Made by a program: the position numbers and the translations under genes
From: a virus
DNA: 64,000 nucleotides
Direction: 5' to 3' (one strand)
Virus record (IMG/VR): IMGVR_UViG_3300045988_080466
Shown: in pieces, positions 46,827 to 58,900 of the stretch
How positions within the stretch are numbered: the stretch's first letter is position 1
Layout: each line of letters begins with the position of its first letter
The notes under the pieces: generated by a model
Seen by the model: the letters and a program-made list of their open reading frames with translations, nothing else
What the model was told of the DNA's origin: nothing
Databases searched by the model: none

Positions 46827-49800
46827 ATGGAAAATGTACAACAAAACGATTGGTTTGCAACGATACTATACAATCCAGACAAAGACTTTAAAAACTTTAA
46901 AGAAGCTGGATTAGATGCAGCTAATACAGGTTTAAAAGATAGAGAATCATATAAAGATATACAGGCAGTGCAAGACCAATTCAAGGATGCTGAAGGTAAT
47001 TTTGATGAAAAATTATATAATCAGTTCTATGATAGCGCTGTAAGAACATATAATACTTTTGTACAAGGAAACATTGAAGATACATTCCTTCGTAATATGG
47101 TTAAAAGCCCGTTAGATATTTTATCTGACAGAAGTACTCCATCTCAAAAACCTTTGTTTATTGTACAAAAAGTATCTAATCCTACTCTTAAATCACAAGG
47201 TATTAATAGCTTATTTGGAGAAGGTAAAGCTCTTAGGTCTTACAGAGAAGCAGCTCAAACTCAAAGAGTTGTAGACTATAAAACTGGAAAAGAGCTTGAC
47301 TGGACTCCAGACGATGATGATAAGAGTGGATTCTTCGATTTCATGTTTATAGAACCATTAGTAGAAGCTAAGTGGGAAGAAGATGGATATCACAAAGACG
47401 AATATGGTAGAGACATCAAGCACTTTGCGGGAGACTATAAACTTAATGCAAATGGTATGCCATATTATGAAACTCTAGGAGATAGAGATGCTGCCAATAA
47501 GAGTTTCTTGCACTGGACTGATACATTGACTACTACTGGCTCTAAATGGGATAAATATAATTTCTTAGCTTCTGACGGAATTGATAAGAGCGTGGCAGGA
47601 ACTACTGCAAAAATGATTGCTACTATTGCCCCATTATTTATTCCTTATGTAGGACAGGCTTATGGTATTGCTACTGCATCTGCATATTTTGGTCAAGCAT
47701 TGGCAGTATTTGGTAAGACTGTAATTGATGCTATCGGAGATGATACTGCTTCTAAAAAGCCAGGTCTATGGCAGTTCCTTAATAAAATTGACTCTTCAGT
47801 TAGAAAGTTTGATTCATCTGTAAGTGACGCAGGAAATCAAGGAATGTTCAATTATGAACAATTTGCAAACTTAGTAACTGATGTAGTAGGTCAACTTTAT
47901 CAACAAAGAAGTATTGCTAAAATCCCACAATGGATTGGATGGGATGCTAGAAGTGCTAAGAACTCTAAAGCCTTTGTAGAAGCACATAATGCTGATTATT
48001 TAAAGAAATATGGAAAAACTCTACGTCAAGCTATTAAAGACGGAGATGTTGCTTCTGACTATACTAAATTAGTAAACAATGATTTACTAAATGCAATTAC
48101 TGCAAAACAGGGAACTATAAACAGCTTTGCCAAGAATGGTTCTCAATTCTACATGGCTATGACTCAATCTAAAGACATGTATGACACCTTTAAAGAAAAT
48201 GGGTTTAGTGATGTCACTACTGCCATTGGTATGGGTGCTGCATTATATGGATTTAGTAAGCTGTTTAATTCCTCTCTTGGAGAAGTGGCTCTTAGTGGTT
48301 TAGGTCTTGATGATTTAAAACAAGCTAATAAGAGACTTATTAGAGAGTTTACCAAAGAGATGAAACCTCAACTTGAATTAGTTGAAAAAACATCCTCTAA
48401 CATTACTAACTCCGGAAAAATTAAATGGATTAAAAATCTAGGTGAGAAATTCAAAGGCTTTTATGAAAAACATTTAGTAAATGACCCAGAGGGCTGGATT
48501 GCCAATTCTGTTAAGGAATCTATTGAAGAAGTATCAGAAGAAGCATTGCAGGATGTAATATTCGAAAGTAGTAATGTAATTGATTGGACATTTAACAAAC
48601 TTGGATGGACTCAAAAGGGAGGTAATTATGAGTTTACTCAAAGTAATCCTTTAGAAAGATACTTAATGTCAGCTCTTGGGGGTGCTGTGGGTGGAGCTAT
48701 CTTCCCTGCCATTACTAAAATGGAAAATATTAAAGATGGAGTTCCTAATATCCAAAAGAATATTCCTGAAAATCTAGCCATAGATATAGCTACTATGATT
48801 AGAAATAATGGAGTTCAGAAATCGGTTGATTTATTAAAGAAAAGTATTGATAAGGGAGAAGTAGGTTCTACAACTCTATCCATGACTTTATCTACTAACA
48901 CAACTGATGACGGGCGAGTTTATTATGAGCCAGCTAAGAAAAGAGAAGATAGCCAAAATAATATTGTAGGTAATATCTTAATTAATTATCTGTATGCGGT
49001 AGACTCTGTAATCAACAATGAAGGATATAATCTGAAAGACGATGAAGTTGTTAATAACTCATTAATGAAAGATTTCAGATTAAAACAACTTGCTGATACT
49101 GGAGTGGGAGAAGAAATTCTTTATGATTTCCAGAAACAATTACAAGGTCTTATTACAGCAGCTATAGAACTAAAGAGCGCATCAGAAAGTTCAGAAGTGA
49201 GCAAAATTAAGCAAAGATATGATGAATTTAAACAGAGAGTAGATGATACTTTATCTGGAAAAAGAGCAGGAGAATATGCTGAAATGATGGCATATAAATT
49301 AAATAGAGGATTAATGTCTCCATTTGCCGCTCCTGATATCTATGCTTATTCAAGATATGTAAGAGGTATTAACTACGCTACTGCAACAGAACAGCAAAAG
49401 AAAGACCTAGAAGCTGACTACGAGAAATATACTCAATCAGACCAAAAAGAAAAAATAAATCTTGGTTATGAAATATTTAAGAACTTAAAAGCTGAAACAG
49501 CTGAACCTATTCTTAGATATAGAGACTCTCAAATATATAAATATAAGTCTCAATTATATGATGTAATATCTAAACTTAATGATTCTCAAAACATTTCTAA
49601 ACTTAGTGATACAGAAATTGCTGAATATAAGGAAGAAGTAAGAAATGGAAGAAGCGATGACCAAATTATTGCTGATGCCAATCTTAATCCAGAGGAGAAT
49701 GTATATAGTGCTCAACAGAAAGCAAAAATAGTTGATTCTTATCTTGAAAGAGAAATTTGGAACTCAAATCCAGGAAGTGATAAAAAACATCCAAAGCCTT

Positions 49801-52800
49801 TTGGTAAAGCATATGTTCAGAATCTAAAAAATATGTTGGAGAATATGAAACAACATATGAGTATAGGTGTAGACCCAATTCTTAATCAGAGAAGAACTGG
49901 AGAGTTACAAGTCTTATTTGAATCAATAAACAACATAGTTCAATCTACTGGCTTTATTGATGCAGAGACTAAACAAATGATTGATACAGTTAAACAGAGC
50001 TATAATAGGTTTAGTCCTGAAAATTTTGTAAATAGACTTACAATATTCATGGACCCATTTAAGGGATTTACTTTCGAAGACTCTTATTACAACGATGTTC
50101 TTACTAGCAATTCTACTTACTTAGGTAAGATAGATGAAGTAGACCCATCCATTGTTGAAGAACTTGGAGATTCAAAGGGAGAGTATGTATTTGAGGACGA
50201 AGAAGGATATTATGCCCTAACTCAAAATGAAATGCAGAATGTGTTCATGGATATGTTTACTACAGAGTTTACTGGAGCTAACTCAGAAGAATTGCTTGGA
50301 GGAATCCTAACTGATGGAAATATAAATGAAAACTCTTTAAATTCTTCATTTAAAAAGAATCCTGACTTTTCTGTATTTAATAAACAATTACTTGAATATC
50401 TAAATTTAGACGCTGACAGAATTGGTTTATTAGGAGAAATTGATAAAATGTCTACTGCTGCTCTACAGGATAATCCTGTATGGGATATGTTGGGAAGACT
50501 ATCTACTAACCTTATTGGTGAAGATGTATTTAAATTACTAAAGGCAGAAGAAGGAGACTACAAAAGTACAGCTTCTTTGTATGACTACGTAATCAGTAAT
50601 GAACTTACTAGGGAGCAACTTGAAACCGCAAATACTGCAACTCAAATATTAAGTCACTCTATCATTCCATATCTTACTGGAAATGAAGGAGTATTTAATA
50701 TGATTGATATTGCCAATCAATATAAGAGAAACATGGGAGCTCAAGAAGATGTTCCTTTAACTCAAGAAGAAGCTCAAACTATTCAAACTGAATTACAGAA
50801 CATTCAACAAAAGATTGCATGGTTACTTGCAGTTAATGATATGAATAGTGGTAGTAAGACAGTTGATAGTAGTAAAACTATGGGAAGACTAAACAGTATG
50901 TTTGCACTTATATTAAGTGGGAATACCGCTGATTCTACTTTATCAAGACTAAAGAATCTAAGCTATACTGATGCTGATGAGAATGAACAAACATTCATTG
51001 AAGAAGATTTACTAACTGGCGATGAACTCGTTAAACTACAAGAGATTATCGCTAATGGTAAGAATGATGAAGAATCTCTAAGATTCTCAAATGAGACATT
51101 ATTAAGAGTTAGTAAGGCTTTATATGATAAATTCTCTGGACTTACATCTGAACAGAAAGAAGAAATTATAGGCAAAATAGCTGGAACTGATATTATTGAT
51201 TATAATGACTATGGTGCATCTAAATTCAAAAGAAATAGTACATATCAAGACATTAAAGGTATTGACCTTGCTACTTATCTGTTAAGTATTCTGGCAGTTA
51301 ATCCGGAAGAAATGCAGAGTGTGTTAAGAAAAGCTATTATTAGCAATCCTTCTCATGCTCCGTTCTATAATCAGATGTTTAGTGCCCAAGAAATGTTTGC
51401 CTTATATAAGAATCCTGTATTATTCAATAAATTCTTACAGAAAACTTATGAGTTTAAGCCTATTCAAAATAAAGAGTTCTATACAAAGAATACCTTTACT
51501 AAGAATATAATTACTGTACTAGGAGGGGCTGGGACAGGTAAATCAACTGGTGTTGCTAAGGTAGCTTACAACATGATAAAGATTGATAACCCTGATGCTA
51601 CTGTAATGGTATCTGGACCTAAAGCTGACGTAGGAGAAAGACTTGCTGCCACATTAGGAATTGATAAGAGCTATGACAGACTTCAATTATGGCAAGCATT
51701 ACTTACCGAATCTGGTTGGGAAAAGGTAAAGAAAGCAATTTCCGAATTTAGAAATCCACCAGAAGAAAAGGGAGAAACCCCTTATTTAGTAGACGGAAAT
51801 CCTGAAATATATAATCAAAACTTCCTAACCGAAGAAGATGTAAATATTGCAGCTTTACCTGATGTATTATTTGTTGATGAGTTTACTCACTTCTCTGGTA
51901 TAGAAATGCAAATGCTTGCCAGCTTAAGCAAGTTTGTCGACAAGGATATGGTTATTTATGCCCTTGGAGACAATAAGCAAGAAGGAGTAATCAACCCAAG
52001 AAATGGAGAAGAACTTGATTTAACTGGAATGTATTTTGGAACTCCTGTACTTACTTCAAGTATTAGAGCCAACAATGTTCATAAAAAAGATAATTTGGAT
52101 AAAGTATCTTCAATATTGTCTGAACTTATTGATAAAGAACAAGACAGTCAACTTAATGGAACTCAATTAAACATCAAGTCTACAATGAGGGACATTAGAA
52201 GTAAGTCTTTATTAAAGTATTATGAGCTTAAAACTGATAAAGAAATAATTCTTCATGGAGATAAGCTAGTAGATGAAAATGAACTAAATGTTGATTATCT
52301 ACAAGGACTTATTAATAACCTAAAGGAGGGGGAAAGAATTGCCTTAATTACTGATAATGTTCTTTCAGACTTTAGAAAAGATGTATTTCATCAATTTGAG
52401 GAAAAATATCCTGGACAAGTAGTAGTAAGAGATTCAAGAGACGTTCAAGGTTCTGAATTTAAATATACTATTGTCGATGTTAACTGGACTGATACAACCA
52501 ACCAGAATACATTTATTAAAGATTTAAAGTATTTCTATACTTTAATGAGTCGTTCAGCTGATGGTAACTTAATAGTTAAAAAGAACTATAATATGGTTGC
52601 TAAATCAGATAGGGCTTCTACAACAAGTACTTCTGAACTTAAGGCTGATGACATTGACGGATATAAGAAATTAATCCTTAGTGTTTTAAAGGATGTTAAG
52701 CCAGACACAGAAGAAGTCCCGGTGGCTACAACAGAAGGAGAAGAAGTAGGAGAAACAATTCCAGCTACTCCGGAAGAAGTTCCTGCAACTGACGGTAACA

Positions 52801-55800
52801 CTGGAAAAGAAACATCCAATGAAAATAAAGGACTTTATGACACTTCTAAGGATGAAGAAGCTGCTGCAGAGGTAATGAAAAGGAATGTTTTTGAAGAAAA
52901 TGATTTACCTAAAGCATTGAAAGAAATAGAGCAAAAAATGGATGAGGAAGCTACTGGTGACCCAAATGCAGATATTAAGGCAAGAACAATGTCCATAGGA
53001 AGTTATTATAATCATCTTGCCCTTAATATGAATGAGGATGGAATTATTCAGCCTTATAAATCTACTAATGGAATTGATGAAGATTTATCAGGATTCTCTA
53101 ACTTAATAAGTGGAAAGACTATTGAGGATATAAGGGATATTAACTTAGAATCTGGACAAGGTATTGATTTACTTTCTTCATTAGCTTATATGAGGTCTTT
53201 ATTTAAAAGGTCTGCATCTGAATTAAAAGACATAGTAAGAACTAAGTTATCATCTGCTGGTTCTGAACAATATAAGGCCCTTAGACCATTTATTGAATTA
53301 TACTTTAATGGTAAAACATCAGAAGACAGATTCAGAAGCTTCAAGGCTGCTGTTGCAAAAGGTAACTGGTTAGTTAAATTAACTAAGTACAAACCTGGAT
53401 ATGATAAAGCTTACAATGTAGAAAACCTTAAAGAACTTAAACAAGATGAATTGTTTGGAAGAATAGTATTCCAGTTAAAGACTAAGGACGGATATCTTGA
53501 TATTACTTTAGGAAGTACTACTGCCATTGATAAAATCATACAAAGTTCTGGCAATACAGAATTTGTAAATATCTTGAATGATAGAGCAACTCTAAACTCT
53601 AAAATAGACCAAAAGGGACAAGTATATTTCAGACTTACAGATTTTAAAGCAAAAAAGAAAGGAATTTCTTTTGGTAATAAAATCTTTAAGAATAAGAATT
53701 ACAACAAGTTAGATATGGTCAGACAGAAGTACAACAGAGGTAAAACTCTTGACCAAACTATGAGAGAGCATCCAGAAATATTGTTCAGTGACATTTATAT
53801 GGACGGCGCTGTTGAACTTGACGGAAAAGCTAAGAGAGTTGTTAAGGGCTATCCTACAGTCTTTATGAGTGACGACTTATGGAATGTTACTACTTCAGAA
53901 CTACTCGATAGACACTTACAGAAAATGCAGTATTTAGGAACTGATGAAACTGCACCTTTCTTTGAAGTAACAAAAGGACATTTAAATCTTAGAGGGCTTT
54001 CCTTGATTGACTTTATGAAAGAATGGGGAAGACTTGAAGGAGAAGGTGGAGGAAAAATCTATGGTGCTAAAGAGTTCTTTATGCTGGCTAGGCCAGTGGA
54101 AGCTGCCAGATTCTTATACAGTATGTTAAGACTTAAAGAAGCAACAGTTCAAGATATTGAGCTTTACAATCAAGGAGTTGAAACCTTTAATAACAATCTA
54201 CTTCCGTCAGAAGAAGACCTTAAAAAGGATAAGATCGCTGTTGACCCTACTGGTGACGGAATTAGAGTAAGTGAATCTTCTCTTAATGAAGTGAAGGCTA
54301 AAATTACTAATATGCTGAATGATTTAAAAAATTCATTCCCTAGCTTGGTAATGGGTAGACTTAAACCAGTCAAAACTACTAAAGCAGCTGGACAAGTTGA
54401 GGCTCAAGACAGTAACACCCAATATTCTGTAAAGAATACGTCTTACTATATGCGTATGGCTATTTCTCCGTCAGAACAGTTCGAAATGCTAAGAGATTTC
54501 GGAGTTCTTCCAGAGTATGACCCAAGTGGGCCTTCGAATTATATTGTAAAGACTTTGCAGAATTTATCTAAGACTAATTCTAACTTAACAACTTTATTGG
54601 AGAAATTAGTAAATCCAGATGATGATATTTACAGTTCTCCAGATATAGACCCACAAATAACTAAAAATGCTGAATCAAAGAACCGTGCAATTCAAACCTT
54701 TTTAAGGATTCAACAATCTATACAAGGATATGAAGCACCTTCAACAGCTGCGATGCTCCCATTAATTAAAAGAGGAGTTATGGCTGGATTCACAGCAAGT
54801 ACTAACGTTATTCGTCACTTATTCTACAATACTATATCGGAGTATGGCCCAGGTGATTTTGCCACATTTAAGCAAGCTATCGACTATGGAAATCTATACA
54901 AATACGGAGTATGGACTAACGGTATAGATACTGCAAGAAATGATAATGTACAATTTGGATACTATATATCTGCTTTAGGTCAGCAACAAGTATACTTCGA
55001 TGGACCTATCCAGACTCCAAATTATTATATTAATTACGATGCATTAGAAACCGACCAAGAATTTGAAGTAAATCAACCTACTCAAGTTGTACCGGTACAA
55101 GGTCCGCCAGTTGTAGAAGAGGCTCCTGTAGTAGAACAAATTAGTGATAAAATGAAGTTACTTAATGCACAACAAGATTTGATTGCAAATATTTTGAGTT
55201 CTGTGGAAAATAATGTAACTTTGCAAAAGGATGAAATTAAAAGGATGCTAGAGACAATAGACATTACTAAGTTCAACTTAAATGGTGAAACTGTTGAGGA
55301 TAGAATCCAATCATTCAATGCCCAATATATAAGTAAGGTACGTGATAAATTAGCAAGTCTGCCAAGGAGACTCTATACGAACAGCAGTGATGTTGCGACA
55401 ATAACTCCTGAATATCTTATTGATAAAAACAATAATATTATTCCAGACCCTAATGCAATTGTTTCGTTTGCTGAACATATAAATGAAAATGAGTTACTGA
55501 AAAATACAGAAATAAATACTGTAACCCTTGAAGATAGTGATATAAAACTAAATGCAGAAGAACAAACCTTTACTGTAAGAGTAAATGGAAATGATTATGT
55601 ATTTGGATTTGAGGAAAATGAAGCTATTCTAAAGGATATACATCCTTTACCTCAAGATGAAAATCCTCAAATTAAGTTCGTAGAAGAATTTAACAAGGGA
55701 GTACAATCACTAATATCTTCTTTAGGTAAGAATGAGGATATCACTAAAATGACTAAAGTACAACTAATGAAATACAACAAAGGAAAAGCAGTGGCTGAAT

Positions 55801-55988
55801 TATTATCTACATTAGATATTAATGCGATAGCTAGTGAATTATTTGACCCTGATACTTTTGTTTTTGAGGTGGTTGACAAGTATCTTCCAGCAGATGGTGA
55901 TGCTTCTGCTAAAGAAGGAGTAAGGAATAAAATACAATCTGTTAGAGATTCACTTATAAAGAATAACGAAGGAAAACCAAATTGTTAA
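46827..55988 (+). CDS. giant protein (3053 aa) with a central superfamily-1 (RecD/Pif1/viral SF1-like) helicase domain
   Basis: Ordered SF1 motifs are present. I: VLGGAGTGKST (nt 51522-51548). Ia: VMVSGPKADVGERL. II: VLFVDEFTHF (DE at 51876-51881). III: IYALGDNKQ. IV: LTSSIRANN. V: VRDSRDVQGSEFKYTIVDV. VI: FYTLMSRSADGNLIV. The N-terminal third has hydrophobic segments (MIATIAPLFIPYVGQAYGIATASAYFGQALAVFG). E/P/V-rich linkers occur at about nt 52700-52830 and 55080-55140. Confidence 0.75.
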   Translation: MENVQQNDWFATILYNPDKDFKNFKEAGLDAANTGLKDRESYKDIQAVQDQFKDAEGNFDEKLYNQFYDSAVRTYNTFVQGNIEDTFLRNMVKSPLDILSDRSTPSQKPLFIVQKVSNPTLKSQGINSLFGEGKALRSYREAAQTQRVVDYKTGKELDWTPDDDDKSGFFDFMFIEPLVEAKWEEDGYHKDEYGRDIKHFAGDYKLNANGMPYYETLGDRDAANKSFLHWTDTLTTTGSKWDKYNFLASDGIDKSVAGTTAKMIATIAPLFIPYVGQAYGIATASAYFGQALAVFGKTVIDAIGDDTASKKPGLWQFLNKIDSSVRKFDSSVSDAGNQGMFNYEQFANLVTDVVGQLYQQRSIAKIPQWIGWDARSAKNSKAFVEAHNADYLKKYGKTLRQAIKDGDVASDYTKLVNNDLLNAITAKQGTINSFAKNGSQFYMAMTQSKDMYDTFKENGFSDVTTAIGMGAALYGFSKLFNSSLGEVALSGLGLDDLKQANKRLIREFTKEMKPQLELVEKTSSNITNSGKIKWIKNLGEKFKGFYEKHLVNDPEGWIANSVKESIEEVSEEALQDVIFESSNVIDWTFNKLGWTQKGGNYEFTQSNPLERYLMSALGGAVGGAIFPAITKMENIKDGVPNIQKNIPENLAIDIATMIRNNGVQKSVDLLKKSIDKGEVGSTTLSMTLSTNTTDDGRVYYEPAKKREDSQNNIVGNILINYLYAVDSVINNEGYNLKDDEVVNNSLMKDFRLKQLADTGVGEEILYDFQKQLQGLITAAIELKSASESSEVSKIKQRYDEFKQRVDDTLSGKRAGEYAEMMAYKLNRGLMSPFAAPDIYAYSRYVRGINYATATEQQKKDLEADYEKYTQSDQKEKINLGYEIFKNLKAETAEPILRYRDSQIYKYKSQLYDVISKLNDSQNISKLSDTEIAEYKEEVRNGRSDDQIIADANLNPEENVYSAQQKAKIVDSYLEREIWNSNPGSDKKHPKPFGKAYVQNLKNMLENMKQHMSIGVDPILNQRRTGELQVLFESINNIVQSTGFIDAETKQMIDTVKQSYNRFSPENFVNRLTIFMDPFKGFTFEDSYYNDVLTSNSTYLGKIDEVDPSIVEELGDSKGEYVFEDEEGYYALTQNEMQNVFMDMFTTEFTGANSEELLGGILTDGNINENSLNSSFKKNPDFSVFNKQLLEYLNLDADRIGLLGEIDKMSTAALQDNPVWDMLGRLSTNLIGEDVFKLLKAEEGDYKSTASLYDYVISNELTREQLETANTATQILSHSIIPYLTGNEGVFNMIDIANQYKRNMGAQEDVPLTQEEAQTIQTELQNIQQKIAWLLAVNDMNSGSKTVDSSKTMGRLNSMFALILSGNTADSTLSRLKNLSYTDADENEQTFIEEDLLTGDELVKLQEIIANGKNDEESLRFSNETLLRVSKALYDKFSGLTSEQKEEIIGKIAGTDIIDYNDYGASKFKRNSTYQDIKGIDLATYLLSILAVNPEEMQSVLRKAIISNPSHAPFYNQMFSAQEMFALYKNPVLFNKFLQKTYEFKPIQNKEFYTKNTFTKNIITVLGGAGTGKSTGVAKVAYNMIKIDNPDATVMVSGPKADVGERLAATLGIDKSYDRLQLWQALLTESGWEKVKKAISEFRNPPEEKGETPYLVDGNPEIYNQNFLTEEDVNIAALPDVLFVDEFTHFSGIEMQMLASLSKFVDKDMVIYALGDNKQEGVINPRNGEELDLTGMYFGTPVLTSSIRANNVHKKDNLDKVSSILSELIDKEQDSQLNGTQLNIKSTMRDIRSKSLLKYYELKTDKEIILHGDKLVDENELNVDYLQGLINNLKEGERIALITDNVLSDFRKDVFHQFEEKYPGQVVVRDSRDVQGSEFKYTIVDVNWTDTTNQNTFIKDLKYFYTLMSRSADGNLIVKKNYNMVAKSDRASTTSTSELKADDIDGYKKLILSVLKDVKPDTEEVPVATTEGEEVGETIPATPEEVPATDGNTGKETSNENKGLYDTSKDEEAAAEVMKRNVFEENDLPKALKEIEQKMDEEATGDPNADIKARTMSIGSYYNHLALNMNEDGIIQPYKSTNGIDEDLSGFSNLISGKTIEDIRDINLESGQGIDLLSSLAYMRSLFKRSASELKDIVRTKLSSAGSEQYKALRPFIELYFNGKTSEDRFRSFKAAVAKGNWLVKLTKYKPGYDKAYNVENLKELKQDELFGRIVFQLKTKDGYLDITLGSTTAIDKIIQSSGNTEFVNILNDRATLNSKIDQKGQVYFRLTDFKAKKKGISFGNKIFKNKNYNKLDMVRQKYNRGKTLDQTMREHPEILFSDIYMDGAVELDGKAKRVVKGYPTVFMSDDLWNVTTSELLDRHLQKMQYLGTDETAPFFEVTKGHLNLRGLSLIDFMKEWGRLEGEGGGKIYGAKEFFMLARPVEAARFLYSMLRLKEATVQDIELYNQGVETFNNNLLPSEEDLKKDKIAVDPTGDGIRVSESSLNEVKAKITNMLNDLKNSFPSLVMGRLKPVKTTKAAGQVEAQDSNTQYSVKNTSYYMRMAISPSEQFEMLRDFGVLPEYDPSGPSNYIVKTLQNLSKTNSNLTTLLEKLVNPDDDIYSSPDIDPQITKNAESKNRAIQTFLRIQQSIQGYEAPSTAAMLPLIKRGVMAGFTASTNVIRHLFYNTISEYGPGDFATFKQAIDYGNLYKYGVWTNGIDTARNDNVQFGYYISALGQQQVYFDGPIQTPNYYINYDALETDQEFEVNQPTQVVPVQGPPVVEEAPVVEQISDKMKLLNAQQDLIANILSSVENNVTLQKDEIKRMLETIDITKFNLNGETVEDRIQSFNAQYISKVRDKLASLPRRLYTNSSDVATITPEYLIDKNNNIIPDPNAIVSFAEHINENELLKNTEINTVTLEDSDIKLNAEEQTFTVRVNGNDYVFGFEENEAILKDIHPLPQDENPQIKFVEEFNKGVQSLISSLGKNEDITKMTKVQLMKYNKGKAVAELLSTLDINAIASELFDPDTFVFEVVDKYLPADGDASAKEGVRNKIQSVRDSLIKNNEGKPNC

Positions 55989-55989
55989 A

Positions 55990-58900
55990 ATGATTAAATG
56001 TAGAGTTGTTCCAGAAATAACGGAAATCGGTGCTGCCTACGATGCGGCTATCGAAAACTTTCCGGACAATTTAGAACCAGATTCAGTTGAAGGTAGGAGA
56101 GAGGTAATCTCTTCTGCCTTAAACTATTTAAAAGATAATGGGATAGTCCCATCACAACAAAGTCTAGGTCTAATTCAAAATGAATTGATTAGATACGATA
56201 GAGATGGTTATGAAGGTATATTCGGCTTTGCCACAAATGAAAAAGAAACTAGAGACTTAATAGAACAAAACTGGGATATTGTATCAATAGATGAAGATGC
56301 TAAGAATATAGCACCAGAAGCTAACGATTTCCCACAAGCTCCTATTCCCTCTATTAGTGAAGGATTGGATTCTATATTTGATAATATCAACGACCAATCG
56401 AGATTTGTTAGACATTTCCAAAATGAATTAACAAGATTTGCCTTCGTAAATTATAATCTTAATAAACTTATATCTACTAATAGAGATTTAAATGATTCTA
56501 TTAGAATGTATAAGAATCAAATCTTCCAAGAACTTGCAAAGGAAATAGGAAGCCCTGTTACTCAAATGTATGCAGGAAGAGAGTTTCAGTTAGAAGCCTA
56601 TAACAATCTTATTAAAGATGCAAGAATATATTTCTTCGAAGATGTGAAAGACGGAGTGTTTGTATCAACTGACCAAGATAGAATCAATGCATATAATAAA
56701 TATGTAATACTTACTAATTTTGATGGATTCTTATTACGTTATAGTAAGAATATCATTCAAGTAGCAAGAGGATTCGTGGGAGGACATATAGACCCTAAAG
56801 CTGGATATAAGTACACCTTTAACTTAGGAAAGCATATCAAACAGGATTATAATAATGAACTTCAAGATATTAATGAACACGTTAATGGAGCTGTTCAAAT
56901 GTTTGTTAATTCCATACCTATGGTAGATGAACATAATAATCCTACAGGACAATATGTTGAATTTAAGACATTCAACTCTCTTACTAGAATCTTTAGAAAT
57001 ATCTCTGAAAATAACCCAGGCATTACTAGAGAAATAAGAAATAACCCAAGAGAAGCCATTAAAGAAATTATCAATATTGCATATAATAATAGTAAAACAT
57101 ACTTCAAAGGAAATGATGCAACATTATATCCTACCTTTAGAAGTGTGAGACGTGCTGTATTTGATATAACAAATCCTTCTAGCTTAGCTTCTTTAGAAAG
57201 TAGTATAACTAGTCCAGACCAGATGAACTTATTCTCAATGATATTAAATCATATTAATAAGACATCTCCTGTAAGTTATCTGCAATACAAGTATAATCCA
57301 GATACAGGTAAATATGTTGTAAGTTACTTGGATAGTGAGTCAATTTCTCAAAAGAGAACTGACTTAGAAAAACACTTAATGATTCAGAGTACTTATGATA
57401 ATTTCTCTGACATCTTTTCTAAACACTCAATTAATCCAGTTGAAGATGCTGACGGAGTTGTAAGTAATATTACCTTTAATATTGGAGGAGCACATTACAA
57501 TTACAACTTATCAAATAAAGCTCTTACTAAGAATGGGATTGTTGTTCAAGATTATTTGTCTGAATTACTAAGTAATAGAAGTGGTTGGGGACAATTCTTC
57601 TCCGATGTTATGAGAAAGCCCATCGATGCAACATTTATTGAAACAGCAACAGAGGTTAACGATTCAGAAGACTTAAAAGGATTCCTAAATGTAGCTATGG
57701 CTACTGTTATTAACGCTGATGCTAAAGATGCTGCAATTAAGGCAGGAGAAACTTTAAAGGATGTTATTTCTACTAGGTATTCGAGAATAATTCCAGAAGA
57801 TAGTAAAGCTACAACATATTATGATAGAAGACTTGATTCTTTAAGAATTGGTGGTATACTTGATGGACTTAGAGGACTAATTGCATTAAGTAGAACTATT
57901 GCAGCAAACAATAGAGATACTACTAAGAGTTATGTAAAAAATGCTGATGGGAACAGCCTCCCAAAGTATCGTTTGACTAGTGCTGGTAATGATGACTCTT
58001 ATATCTTAAACGATATTAGGAGCATAGCCAATTTCAATCCCAGAAATCCAATGAATAGTAACTTATTTATTAGTACTGATGGACTATTAACAGGAACAGC
58101 CTTAAAGACTGACTTTACTAATTCAGAAGGAACGTCAAAGAATATATTTAAAATGCAAGCTAATGAGCTTCTATATTCTCAATTTGTATTTGATTATTTA
58201 CAAACAAGAGACAAGAACTCAGCTAATAGACAATCAAATGAACTTGCAGGCATTGTTGCAATTCAGCCAACTACTTATTCAGATAAATCAAATATTTGGG
58301 TAAAGTTAGTGGATTTGTATAAGACATTGTCTTTCAAAGATATGTATGGAAACAATCTATTCGAAGGTAAATCTTTATCTGATTTAACAGTTAATGAACT
58401 TAATCAGCTAAGATTTTCTACATTACATGGAATGTTTCAAGGTCTATCTAATCAACTTGTAAATGACTATAAGATGTTATTTGCGGCAGTTGACGGAGTA
58501 TATGTTAATGAACTTGGGGAATTTGATGAAACAGACTACAAGCAAATGAGTCCAGCTCTTAAAGCCTTAGTTGAGAAACAGACTCAATATATAGGTGATG
58601 AAGGAAGTTATGAATATTATGGATATAAAGAAGGATTAACTGTTGAGGATTTCATTCCAATGTTATCTAAACTTGATACTGATACAATCCATAATGCAAT
58701 ATATATGCTCCAATCAATGGGGCAGGATATAACTATTCTTCCAGAAGTTCACTACATCCAGACTAAAAAAGGACTTGCATTTAATACAACATTGCTTGAA
58801 AATATAAAGAGTTATTCTCTGAGAGACAAGAGCAACCAATCTACTTTAGACAACATTAGTGATAGTTATTGGACTAAGAAAAAAGAAGAGGATAAATTAT

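Noticed and set aside
56540-56580. A possible second VR, from a local match to the TR core (agccctgttactcaaatg versus TR agccctagttacttcaattc).
   Set aside because: The match needs indels and has non-adenine mismatches. It lies in the middle of the RNAP gene. I could not exhaustively search the window by eye for further VRs, so remote targets are not excluded.
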